Virus record (IMG/VR): IMGVR_UViG_3300043006_000086
Span: 54,528 to 74,527 of that record
Strand: one strand, 5' to 3'
DNA from: an uncultured virus (IMG/VR IMGVR_UViG_3300043006_000086)
Lineage: Duplodnaviria; Heunggongvirae; Uroviricota; Caudoviricetes
DNA length: 20,000 nt
In this document: piece by piece, positions 9,263 through 17,627 of the stretch
How the letters are laid out: every line of letters starts with the position of its first letter
Position numbering within the stretch: position 1 is the stretch's first letter
Notes under the pieces: model-generated
Told to the model about the DNA's origin: nothing
The model's input: the letters and a program-made list of their open reading frames with translations, nothing else
The model's database searches: none
Made by a program: the position numbers and the translations under genes

Positions 9263-12200
9263 ATGGGATTTTATGGTAATATAACAAATACATCAAGAAC
9301 TCAATTTCAGTTCGATAAAATATATTCAAATAGATATACAATGGATTTAAATTGCGGACTTGATGGAGTTTATGCAGGTAGATTTGTATTAGTTGAATAT
9401 GATAGTGAAATACAGGAAGATTCATTCAAAGACTTCTATTACGATGGATTAGATATGTATACTGCCGCTGATACGAAACAGTCTTTACTTGATTCAAATC
9501 TTATTATAATTACAGAATTCAAAGAAAATAATAAGGTTTTTGGTGGAACAGTAACGCAAAATAATATTGTTGCAAATAAAACTATTGTTCGAGTGGGTCC
9601 ATACAAACGACGTTTTAATGCTAATAAAGATACAATATATGTAAAAAATCTTGGTTCTGGAAAGTATTTAGAGGTTACTGAAGAAGATTATAAAAAATAT
9701 AAAAGTGAAAAAGGATCTTCTTATGATCCAGAGAGTTTAACTACGAATAAAACCTATATTGTTAATGGTATTTTACAAATTTTATCACAAGATTATAATC
9801 AAATAGGAAATATTCTTCCTGTTGAGGCTGGAAAATCTTATACAACGAATACAACGGAATCATTCTGGATTGCCACTGTTGAAGAAACAGTAAATTCAAA
9901 TAATCAATATCCAGTTACATGGAAAGAATTAAGTGCTAGTGATACAACTTATGTTAAGAATCATTCTATAGATATTGCTTGGTATGGAGATAGTAGAGGA
10001 TTTGATTCAACTGTTTGGCAAAAAGTTTATTCTAGTGGATCTGAAAAATATGTAATGGTTGCAGAATTAAATACTGTTGTGCCAACATTTGCAATATCAG
10101 CAGATGCACCAACAATGTTACCAATCGTTCCTCATTTCGATACAGATAGCACAAATGTTTATTATAAAGTTCATTGGCAACCTCAATGGGGCGTAAGAAT
10201 TAAATCTGCAAATAGCAGTTTAAAAGGAAAGCAGCTTGCGCAAAATGGTGATTGGATACCAAATACTTCAATTTCATTAACTTCTGATGAAACTTTTTAT
10301 CCATCAGATCAAAAAACTTATTGGAAAAGAGATTATTATTCTAGTTTAGAAAATAAAAAAATAGAAACTTATTATGATGAAGAAAATTCATCATGGGGAA
10401 CTGATAAAAATTTTATAGATGCGGCAATTTATTTTAATAAAGATGGCTTTGATTCTGATATTATTAGTTATAGTGAAGATTTATCTGTATTAGGAAGAAA
10501 CAATTATAATCCAAAAGTAAACTGGGATCAAAAAGATAATATTTCTTTATTACCTACTGGATTAAGTGGAACAGTATATAATCCGCATGATGGCTATATA
10601 GATTTAAAACCAATGGAAGACATTCAAGAGCTTTCTATTATGCTTCCAGGCGTTGGAGATACTATAGCGCATGTTTGGGATCTTATTTATGGTGGTAGAA
10701 CAACCAATAGTGAAATTGGTAAAACTAGTAAAAGAAATACTGATATTTCTTGGGAAGACGCAAAAAATACTCTAAATCGTCAAGGGCTGCGATTAGTTGG
10801 GCATGGTACTAACATATATAATAAAGCTGAGGTTAATACATTAGCGGGATCCATTAATACAGCACATGATTTAATGGGTATGATCATTGCTTCTGTGAAT
10901 GATAGTGATTCTATTGATCCAGAAAATACAAATAATTCTATAGGTGCTTTTAATGAAGATAGAATTTATTGTGTTAAGTCTACTGGGGAATATTATAGAA
11001 AACATAAAACTTATGAATATACAGAACTTTCAAAAGAGAATTATGAATATAAAGAAATATCTTCTTTACCAAGTAATGCAAATATTTTAGAATATTTTAT
11101 TAAAAAAGATGATAATACATATGTTCAAGCAGAAAAGGAAAGTAAAGGTCCATATTATGAAAGATATCTTAATGTAGAGAATGAATACTCTGAAGTTAAT
11201 CTTAATCCTTTTCCACCAACATTACAAGATAGTAATGGACAAGAAATAATATGCAGATATAGAGATTATACTGGAAATATAGATATTCCGGATAGTATTT
11301 ATGAAGGTATCAAAGAAGATGCAGGTCGAGAAGCTGCAAAAGCAGAATATATAAAACTGCATTCTGATTATATTTATGATACAAAATATTATAGTGGAAA
11401 AACTTATTATAATGTTACTATAAGTGATCCCGTTAGTTTATCTGCCGAATATACACCAAAAACTTATTGGTATAAAAAAGAAGATGAGTGGGAAGATGAA
11501 CAACAGACATCTAAAGAGGGATATACGATAGATAACTCTTTATCTATTACCAAAAATAGAACTTATTTAATTTTTCATCAAGAAAATGCAATAGAAATAA
11601 CAAAGATTCCAGAACATAATTATAATGGGATTTATATCCCCGGGGTTTATTACTATGCGCAATATAATGTAGTTGATAAAAATATGGAATTAAGTGATCT
11701 TAAAAGAAATCTTGCTAATGGAGTAAAATATTATCAGAAATCCAGTGGATCTCCTTCTTGGTTTGAGATTGAAGGCGGAACAAGAGAAGATGGTTCAGAA
11801 TTTACCGCAGAATCAGTTTTAGAGGAAGCTTATAATAATCCATCATACAGTATTGCTACAGTATCTTATATCTTAGATAAAAATGAAACAGCTCAACCAA
11901 AAACTGTTTATTATTCAATAGCAAGTCAGATCGTTGAGGATGGTAACAAATATCAAGTTATAACTGTATATGAAAAAATTAATGTTGATGAAACAAATTA
12001 TATAAGTGGATTATATTATATTTATGATAATGATATATATAAATTATCTTCAGATCCTTATGATGCATCAAAGGAATATTACCGACAAACTGAAAAATTA
12101 GAACCAGTAACAAACTCTATTGTATTAGATTTAGGAAAACCTTTTAGCTTAATTTCTTTTGTAGATGGTCTTTTTTATACATATTCAAGCGAATTATCTA

Positions 12201-14707
12201 CAGGATCACAAAGCTTTGATGTGGTAAGAAAAACAGATATTGATCCAAAAAAAGATACTACTTATTATGTATTAGGGTACAATAAAGAAACTGGTAGTAT
12301 TAAACAAGAAGATTTAAAAGAAAGTGATAAAGCTTTTACTCAACAGAATGAATTTTATCAATCTGGAGTTTATCATTATGAAAGTGACGGAAGTTATCTT
12401 TTAGCAACAAATAAATCTTATATGGAAGATAAAGCTCCATATTTTACTTTAACAGATGTTAAAGAGGTAACATTAGAAAATGTTTATGAACCTTATGAAT
12501 ATTATGAAAAAGAAACGATAAATGGAGAAGATAATTATACTTTAGTTAAGGATGATACGATTTCAGATCAAAAAACTCTTTATAAGCGAGATTCTCTTTA
12601 TGTTATGGAAGATGAAACTGGAACTTATAACAAGGGAGCTATTTGGAACTTTGAGGCTAAAAAAGTGCCAGCTACATTAGTTCTTGGAAAAAGAACTAAT
12701 GCTTGGGATATGGTAAAATTAAAAGATTATGCAAAAAATCTTAATACTCAAAATGGATTAATTTTAAAGACAAATCAAGTGCTTGAATATGATGATGATT
12801 TAACTCGTGATACTAGAACTGTAAATGGATGTATTAACTATTTACAAGATATTATTGCAAGATTCCATAAAATGGTTCCTGGTCAAATTATGATTGTAGA
12901 TGATTATGGAAGACTTCATAGTGCACAACATGAAGGAGATGATTGGTTAAAAATAACAGTAGATTCTAATGTTAATGAACCAAAAATTACCTTAAATCAT
13001 CGTCCAAAAACGGTAGATGAAACAGCTAAGTCAGGAACGGATTTAAATGATCCTAAAGAAGATACGATAACTATTCAAGACATTACGTTTGATACAACTG
13101 GACATGTACAAACTAACCAAAAGCATACTTATACTTTACCTTATGGTTTTAAAACGATTAAGACTGATGGAACAAATTCAAGTGTTAAAGATATAGAGAT
13201 AAAAGATGATCAAAAAAAACCTATAGTCGCAGATAATACTCAAGATGAATTGACAATAAACCCAGGTAATAATTGGATTAAAATTGCCAATGATGCAGAA
13301 AATGATATTGTGATAATTGCACATGAGGTTCATAGCATAGATGAAAAAACAGAAAAAAATGAAACTAATTTAAATAGTTCTAAAGAAGATGCTATTACTC
13401 TTAAAGATATTACCTTTGATGAAGCTGGTCATATAAAAGCTAATCAGCCACATGAATATATACTTCCTTATGGGTTTAAATATATTAAAACTAATGGACG
13501 TGGCTCTAGTACTATAGAAAATGCAACAGATACGCCAACAATTACAACAGTTGAAGCAGATAATACTCAAGATACACTGGTATTAAATTCTGGTAATAAA
13601 TGGATTAGAATTGATAGTGTTGATGAAACAACAAATTCATTAACATTCTCACATGATATTCATACCATTACCACAAGTACTTCAACAGTAGACTTTAATG
13701 AAAGTGGAAATACTTTTTCAATTCCTACTTTATCTTATGATGAGGCAGGACATATAACCTCAAAAGCAACTTGTACTTATACTCTGCCAAATAGTTTTAA
13801 AACTTTTAAAATTTATAAAGAGTATGATACTACTTCATCAGATGATATTAAAGAGATTATTGCTAGTGGAATTTTAGATACACTTTCTATTCAACCAAAT
13901 AACAAATGGATTACTTTAGATGTAGATTCTAAAGATGATCATAAGTTAGTTATTAAACATATGGAGCTTAGAACAGAAGATGAGTCAAGAGGGGAAACGA
14001 CTGATCAATACCCAGCTTTTGGAAAAACATTTAGAGCTCTTTCTGTTAAAGTTGATAAAGCAGGTCACGTAACAGATTTAGCATCTCATACAGTTACAAT
14101 TCCGCTTCCTAGTTTAACTGATGAAGATGAAGGTAATGTAGTAACTGATTTAACTTTAAATGCTTCTGCTGGAGCTTTTACAGAATCTAAAAATTATATT
14201 GGAAGTTTATCAATTACAGGATTTACACATAGTTATTCTGGAGCAACTTTATTATCTAATACAGATTCATTAAATACTGCACTAGCTGCTTTAGAAAAAG
14301 CTATTTTAGAAGAAATTAATTCTAGAGAAACGGCAATACAAGATCTTGATATGACAGAGATTTCAGCCGAAACAGGTCAGATAATAGAAAAAGTATCTCA
14401 AGAAGATGGTAAAGTAAGTGCATCGGTTAGAGCTTTAACTGCTGATGATATTCCAACACTTACATTAACTAAAATTAGTGATGCGGGGTCGATGGCGGCA
14501 GAAAACGCAAATGATTATTTAACTAAAGAAACTATTGAAAAAACGTATATTACGTCAAATACACAATTCACCTATGAAGCTCCGACTGAAGATGAATCTG
14601 ATCCTGATGATAAATTTGATGATAGAGATACAACAATTGAATGGCTCTTCCAGAAGGTTGCTCAATTAGAAAAAATCATTAATGAATTACAACTTGCAAA
14701 AGTATAA
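9263..14707 (+). CDS. Very large tail fibre / adhesin-like virion protein (1814 aa)
   Basis: GGAGG at 9249-9253. Tyr-rich middle region, four about 105-aa DxxGH repeats, fibre-type motifs TDSLNTALAALE and RALTADDIPTLTLTKI, and a C-terminal coiled coil (LFQKVAQLEKIINELQ). Confidence 0.75.
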   Translation: MGFYGNITNTSRTQFQFDKIYSNRYTMDLNCGLDGVYAGRFVLVEYDSEIQEDSFKDFYYDGLDMYTAADTKQSLLDSNLIIITEFKENNKVFGGTVTQNNIVANKTIVRVGPYKRRFNANKDTIYVKNLGSGKYLEVTEEDYKKYKSEKGSSYDPESLTTNKTYIVNGILQILSQDYNQIGNILPVEAGKSYTTNTTESFWIATVEETVNSNNQYPVTWKELSASDTTYVKNHSIDIAWYGDSRGFDSTVWQKVYSSGSEKYVMVAELNTVVPTFAISADAPTMLPIVPHFDTDSTNVYYKVHWQPQWGVRIKSANSSLKGKQLAQNGDWIPNTSISLTSDETFYPSDQKTYWKRDYYSSLENKKIETYYDEENSSWGTDKNFIDAAIYFNKDGFDSDIISYSEDLSVLGRNNYNPKVNWDQKDNISLLPTGLSGTVYNPHDGYIDLKPMEDIQELSIMLPGVGDTIAHVWDLIYGGRTTNSEIGKTSKRNTDISWEDAKNTLNRQGLRLVGHGTNIYNKAEVNTLAGSINTAHDLMGMIIASVNDSDSIDPENTNNSIGAFNEDRIYCVKSTGEYYRKHKTYEYTELSKENYEYKEISSLPSNANILEYFIKKDDNTYVQAEKESKGPYYERYLNVENEYSEVNLNPFPPTLQDSNGQEIICRYRDYTGNIDIPDSIYEGIKEDAGREAAKAEYIKLHSDYIYDTKYYSGKTYYNVTISDPVSLSAEYTPKTYWYKKEDEWEDEQQTSKEGYTIDNSLSITKNRTYLIFHQENAIEITKIPEHNYNGIYIPGVYYYAQYNVVDKNMELSDLKRNLANGVKYYQKSSGSPSWFEIEGGTREDGSEFTAESVLEEAYNNPSYSIATVSYILDKNETAQPKTVYYSIASQIVEDGNKYQVITVYEKINVDETNYISGLYYIYDNDIYKLSSDPYDASKEYYRQTEKLEPVTNSIVLDLGKPFSLISFVDGLFYTYSSELSTGSQSFDVVRKTDIDPKKDTTYYVLGYNKETGSIKQEDLKESDKAFTQQNEFYQSGVYHYESDGSYLLATNKSYMEDKAPYFTLTDVKEVTLENVYEPYEYYEKETINGEDNYTLVKDDTISDQKTLYKRDSLYVMEDETGTYNKGAIWNFEAKKVPATLVLGKRTNAWDMVKLKDYAKNLNTQNGLILKTNQVLEYDDDLTRDTRTVNGCINYLQDIIARFHKMVPGQIMIVDDYGRLHSAQHEGDDWLKITVDSNVNEPKITLNHRPKTVDETAKSGTDLNDPKEDTITIQDITFDTTGHVQTNQKHTYTLPYGFKTIKTDGTNSSVKDIEIKDDQKKPIVADNTQDELTINPGNNWIKIANDAENDIVIIAHEVHSIDEKTEKNETNLNSSKEDAITLKDITFDEAGHIKANQPHEYILPYGFKYIKTNGRGSSTIENATDTPTITTVEADNTQDTLVLNSGNKWIRIDSVDETTNSLTFSHDIHTITTSTSTVDFNESGNTFSIPTLSYDEAGHITSKATCTYTLPNSFKTFKIYKEYDTTSSDDIKEIIASGILDTLSIQPNNKWITLDVDSKDDHKLVIKHMELRTEDESRGETTDQYPAFGKTFRALSVKVDKAGHVTDLASHTVTIPLPSLTDEDEGNVVTDLTLNASAGAFTESKNYIGSLSITGFTHSYSGATLLSNTDSLNTALAALEKAILEEINSRETAIQDLDMTEISAETGQIIEKVSQEDGKVSASVRALTADDIPTLTLTKISDAGSMAAENANDYLTKETIEKTYITSNTQFTYEAPTEDESDPDDKFDDRDTTIEWLFQKVAQLEKIINELQLAKV
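12944..14110 (+). repeat. Four tandem 102-110 aa repeats W[IL]...H...[FYV]DxxGH[VI]...Y.LP..FK
   Basis: Trp codons at 12944, 13274, 13601 and 13907. Gly-His codons at 13100, 13427, 13748 and 14063. Units 1 and 2 share LPYGFK.IKT.G and ADNTQD (gcagataatactcaagat in both). Confidence 0.9.
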
Positions 14708-14710
14708 TAT

Positions 14711-14752
14711 TTAATAAAAGCCTGGTCTCATTGGCCAGGCTTTATTAATTTA
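14711..14752 (+). terminator. Intrinsic terminator-like hairpin after the 1814-aa gene (possibly bidirectional)
   Basis: Stem aaagcctggtc (14717-14727) / ggccaggcttt (14733-14743) with one G-U pair, loop tcatt, flanked by ttaataa / ttattaatt. Confidence 0.75.
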
Positions 14753-14805
14753 TAAGTTTTAGTTTTAATAAATATTAGGAGAGAGCAGTAAAGGAGGAAA
14801 ATATT

Positions 14806-15789
14806 TTGGCATATGTATCTAAATATACTGGATATGTAAAATTTTTACGTGGAACTCCTGACGCTTGGAATAGCCTGGCTGAGAAAGATAAAGATACTCT
14901 TTATTTTATTTCTGAGACAGATGCTACTACTGGAAAATTATACCTTGGAGAAAAGTTAATTAGTGGAGCTATTTCTGGTTCTTCTTCTTTAAAAGATCTA
15001 TCAGATGTAGCACTTGCTACAACGATTCCTGGAAACTCAGTTATTGTTTATAATGATACTACTGGTAAATGGGAAAATAAATTAACTTCTATTCTTTATG
15101 ATATAGTTTCAGTAATGCAAGGAGCCACTTCTACGACAGATGGCCGATCTGGATTAGTTCCTACTCCTAAAGCCGGTCAAGAAACATTATTCTTACAAGG
15201 AAATGGAGAATGGGCTGATCCTACATCAACATTGACCGCAACTATAAATGGATTAATTGGTAGCGATACTGGTAAAACAATTCGAGATATAGCTGCTTCT
15301 GAAGTTGCCAAAATCGTAGCAAATGCGCCAGAAGATTTTGACACTTTAAAAGAAATTTCGGATTGGATCGCAGAGCATGAAGAAGTTAGTGATTTATCTA
15401 ATATCCTTAAAAAAGTTGATAGTTTAGATTTAATTGTTAATGGAAATGATGAGACTCAAGGCTTAGTTGCTGTTACTTCTGATTTAAAAACAGAATTATA
15501 TGGAGATGGCACTGATGATAAGCCTGGCTTAGTTGCTGTTACTTCTGATTTAAAAACAGAATTATATGGAGATGGCACTGATGATAAAATTGGTCTGATT
15601 GCTACTACATCTAATTTGAAAGTGGAATTGTATGGTGATGGCACAGATGAAAATCCAGGTCTGATTGCTAACTTTAGTATATTGCAAGCCACTGTTGGTG
15701 ATCTAAGCACCGAAATGAAAGACTTAGATAAACGAGTCGATGCTATTGATGAAAGATTGAAATGGCAAGACTTAGTTGAAGAAGATTAA
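14806..15789 (+). CDS. Short tail fibre / whisker-like protein (327 aa), TTG start
   Basis: AAGGAGG at 14791-14797, 8 nt before TTG. Common phage-fibre motifs LKDLSDV...VIVYNDTTGKWEN, GRSGLVPTPKAGQ..FLQGNGEW and ANAPEDFDTLKEISDWI. Also 22-aa repeats and a C-terminal coiled coil. Confidence 0.75.
   Translation: MAYVSKYTGYVKFLRGTPDAWNSLAEKDKDTLYFISETDATTGKLYLGEKLISGAISGSSSLKDLSDVALATTIPGNSVIVYNDTTGKWENKLTSILYDIVSVMQGATSTTDGRSGLVPTPKAGQETLFLQGNGEWADPTSTLTATINGLIGSDTGKTIRDIAASEVAKIVANAPEDFDTLKEISDWIAEHEEVSDLSNILKKVDSLDLIVNGNDETQGLVAVTSDLKTELYGDGTDDKPGLVAVTSDLKTELYGDGTDDKIGLIATTSNLKVELYGDGTDENPGLIANFSILQATVGDLSTEMKDLDKRVDAIDERLKWQDLVEED
15460..15670 (+). repeat. In-frame 66-bp tandem repeat (GLVAVTSDLKTELYGDGTDDKP), 3 copies plus a partial fourth
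   Basis: Units start at 15460, 15526, 15592 and 15658. 15460-15521 is identical to 15526-15587 (62 bp). The third copy is diverged, largely at synonymous sites. Confidence 0.95.
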
Positions 15790-15812
15790 AAAAAAGAGAG
15801 GAGTAAAAATAT

Positions 15813-17510
15813 ATGGCTAATGTAGGTTTTACACTTGGTCCACAATCTAAGGTTGATGAACTTATTGCTGCTGGTACCAGTGCGGGTGCCATAGAAGGTA
15901 CTTTTTATTTAACCTCAGATACTAACCGTCTATATATTGGTAAACAGGACACTTCCCTTGCTCCTGTGAACGAGGGTGTCATAACTGTTGCAACAATTGA
16001 TGATTTACCAATTTTTAAAGATAGAGAAGAAAAAACTGCAAATGCGGGTAGATTTTACTATGTTTCTACGGATAATATTTTATGCGTATACAACGGAAAC
16101 GAATGGGTTCAAATTAACTCAAATACATATATAACCAAACACACGGCTGCTGTAAGTGCTTCAAATGATGTTGGTACAGTTACACATACTGTTACGAGTA
16201 ATAATAATGCTAGTCAATCAGCTAGTTTTACAGTAACAGGAAAAGATGGAATTAAAATCACTGGGACCGGGTCTGCGTTAACTATCACAGGAGATAAATA
16301 TACTTTATCAAATGCCGCAGGTACAAATACTGGTGAAGTTGACATTAAACTTGATTCAGCTAATACTAGTAATGACACTAAAGTAACTTTAAAACAAGGT
16401 AATAATGTTACTTTAACAAATGATTCTACAAATAAAACTGTAACTATTGCCGCAAAAGATTCTACGAACGCATCTTTAACAGTTGAGAATGGTATTAAGG
16501 ATGTCACCACTAAAGGATTTACAGTTGCTGTAGCAGATTCTTTTGGAAAAACTGTTAGTGGAACATTTTCTCCAGTTATCAAATATGGTAAAACGCCAGT
16601 CACAGTTGAATTTGAAAATGGTACAGCTACTTTAGACGTTTATACTAAGGGTGAAATTGATGATACAATGAAAGCCCTTAATGCAATGACATATAAAGGT
16701 ACTATAGGTACTAATTCTGATGGTACAGAAGGTAGTGCAGGTACAACTATTCCAGCCTCTGGCGTATCTATTGGAGATACTTTCTTACTTTGTGGTGATT
16801 TAAAATACGGAAGTGTTAACTTAACTAAAGGTACTTTGTTAATTGCGCGTAGTTCAGATGGTACAGAAGGTAGTAACGGTTATATTGATGCTTCAAAATT
16901 AACCTATGATATTGTTGAATCGACAAATGATACTGATACAACTTATCGTTTACTTAATTCAACTGTAGCTAATGGTGCAGGATTTGCCTTAACAAATAGT
17001 ATGAATGCAGCAGTTGGTACTATTCAAGTAGTTCCTGGAGCTAATATGACAGTAAGTGGAAAAAATAGCAACGATGATCCACTTACTCAGACTATCACAG
17101 TAGCTCACGCAAATACAACTCGTACTGAATCTGCTATTACAGCAGAAGGTCAAATACCGGCAGAATCACTTATTATTCAAGCTGTTACAGGAGTAACATC
17201 TGATAGCGCTGGACATATAACCGGAGTTGAAACAACAAAATATACATTAACAGATACTAATGCATCTTTGAGTACTCCAGAAGTTACAACTACAGCTTTC
17301 ACAAAAAGTGGAACAAATGTTGGTAATATTAAGACTAAAATTGCATTAAGAAACACGCTTAACAATGAAATATCTACTGGAACAGCTTATGTAAATATTG
17401 CTAGTAGTAGTTTATCTATCACTGATAATGACACTATTGGTGAGAATTCATCGAGTACTACAACAAGACAAGGTCTACAAATTGATATGGTTTGGGGCAG
17501 TTTCGAATAA
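15813..17510 (+). CDS. Thr/Ser/Gly-rich beta-structured tail fibre / virion appendage protein (565 aa)
   Basis: GAGGAG RBS about 9 nt upstream. N-terminal EGTFYLTSDTNRLYIG, then LKQGNNVTLT, AMTYKGTIG...SIGDTF, TITVAH...DSAGHIT and C-terminal MVWGSFE. Confidence 0.75.
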   Translation: MANVGFTLGPQSKVDELIAAGTSAGAIEGTFYLTSDTNRLYIGKQDTSLAPVNEGVITVATIDDLPIFKDREEKTANAGRFYYVSTDNILCVYNGNEWVQINSNTYITKHTAAVSASNDVGTVTHTVTSNNNASQSASFTVTGKDGIKITGTGSALTITGDKYTLSNAAGTNTGEVDIKLDSANTSNDTKVTLKQGNNVTLTNDSTNKTVTIAAKDSTNASLTVENGIKDVTTKGFTVAVADSFGKTVSGTFSPVIKYGKTPVTVEFENGTATLDVYTKGEIDDTMKALNAMTYKGTIGTNSDGTEGSAGTTIPASGVSIGDTFLLCGDLKYGSVNLTKGTLLIARSSDGTEGSNGYIDASKLTYDIVESTNDTDTTYRLLNSTVANGAGFALTNSMNAAVGTIQVVPGANMTVSGKNSNDDPLTQTITVAHANTTRTESAITAEGQIPAESLIIQAVTGVTSDSAGHITGVETTKYTLTDTNASLSTPEVTTTAFTKSGTNVGNIKTKIALRNTLNNEISTGTAYVNIASSSLSITDNDTIGENSSSTTTRQGLQIDMVWGSFE

Positions 17511-17549
17511 TCTATAATTTTTAATTTTTAGATCAATTAGAGAGGTGAG

Positions 17550-17587
17550 AAGCCGAAGAGATTATCTCTCTTCGGCTTTTTCTTTTT
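17550..17587 (+). terminator. Rho-independent terminator
   Basis: Perfect 12-bp stem aagccgaagaga (17550-17561) / tctcttcggctt (17567-17578), loop ttatc, followed by tttcttttt. Confidence 0.9.
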
Positions 17588-17627
17588 ATATATGATATAT
17601 AATGATAGAAAGGAGAATAAAATCCGT

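Noticed and set aside
15460..15670. CRISPR array or DGR template/variable repeat pair
   Set aside because: The units are contiguous and in frame with no unique spacers, the differences are not adenine-specific, and no cas or reverse transcriptase gene is in the window.
9263..17510. Tail-fibre shufflon or invertible cassette
   Set aside because: I found no inverted recombination sites, no opposite-strand fibre C-termini and no recombinase gene.
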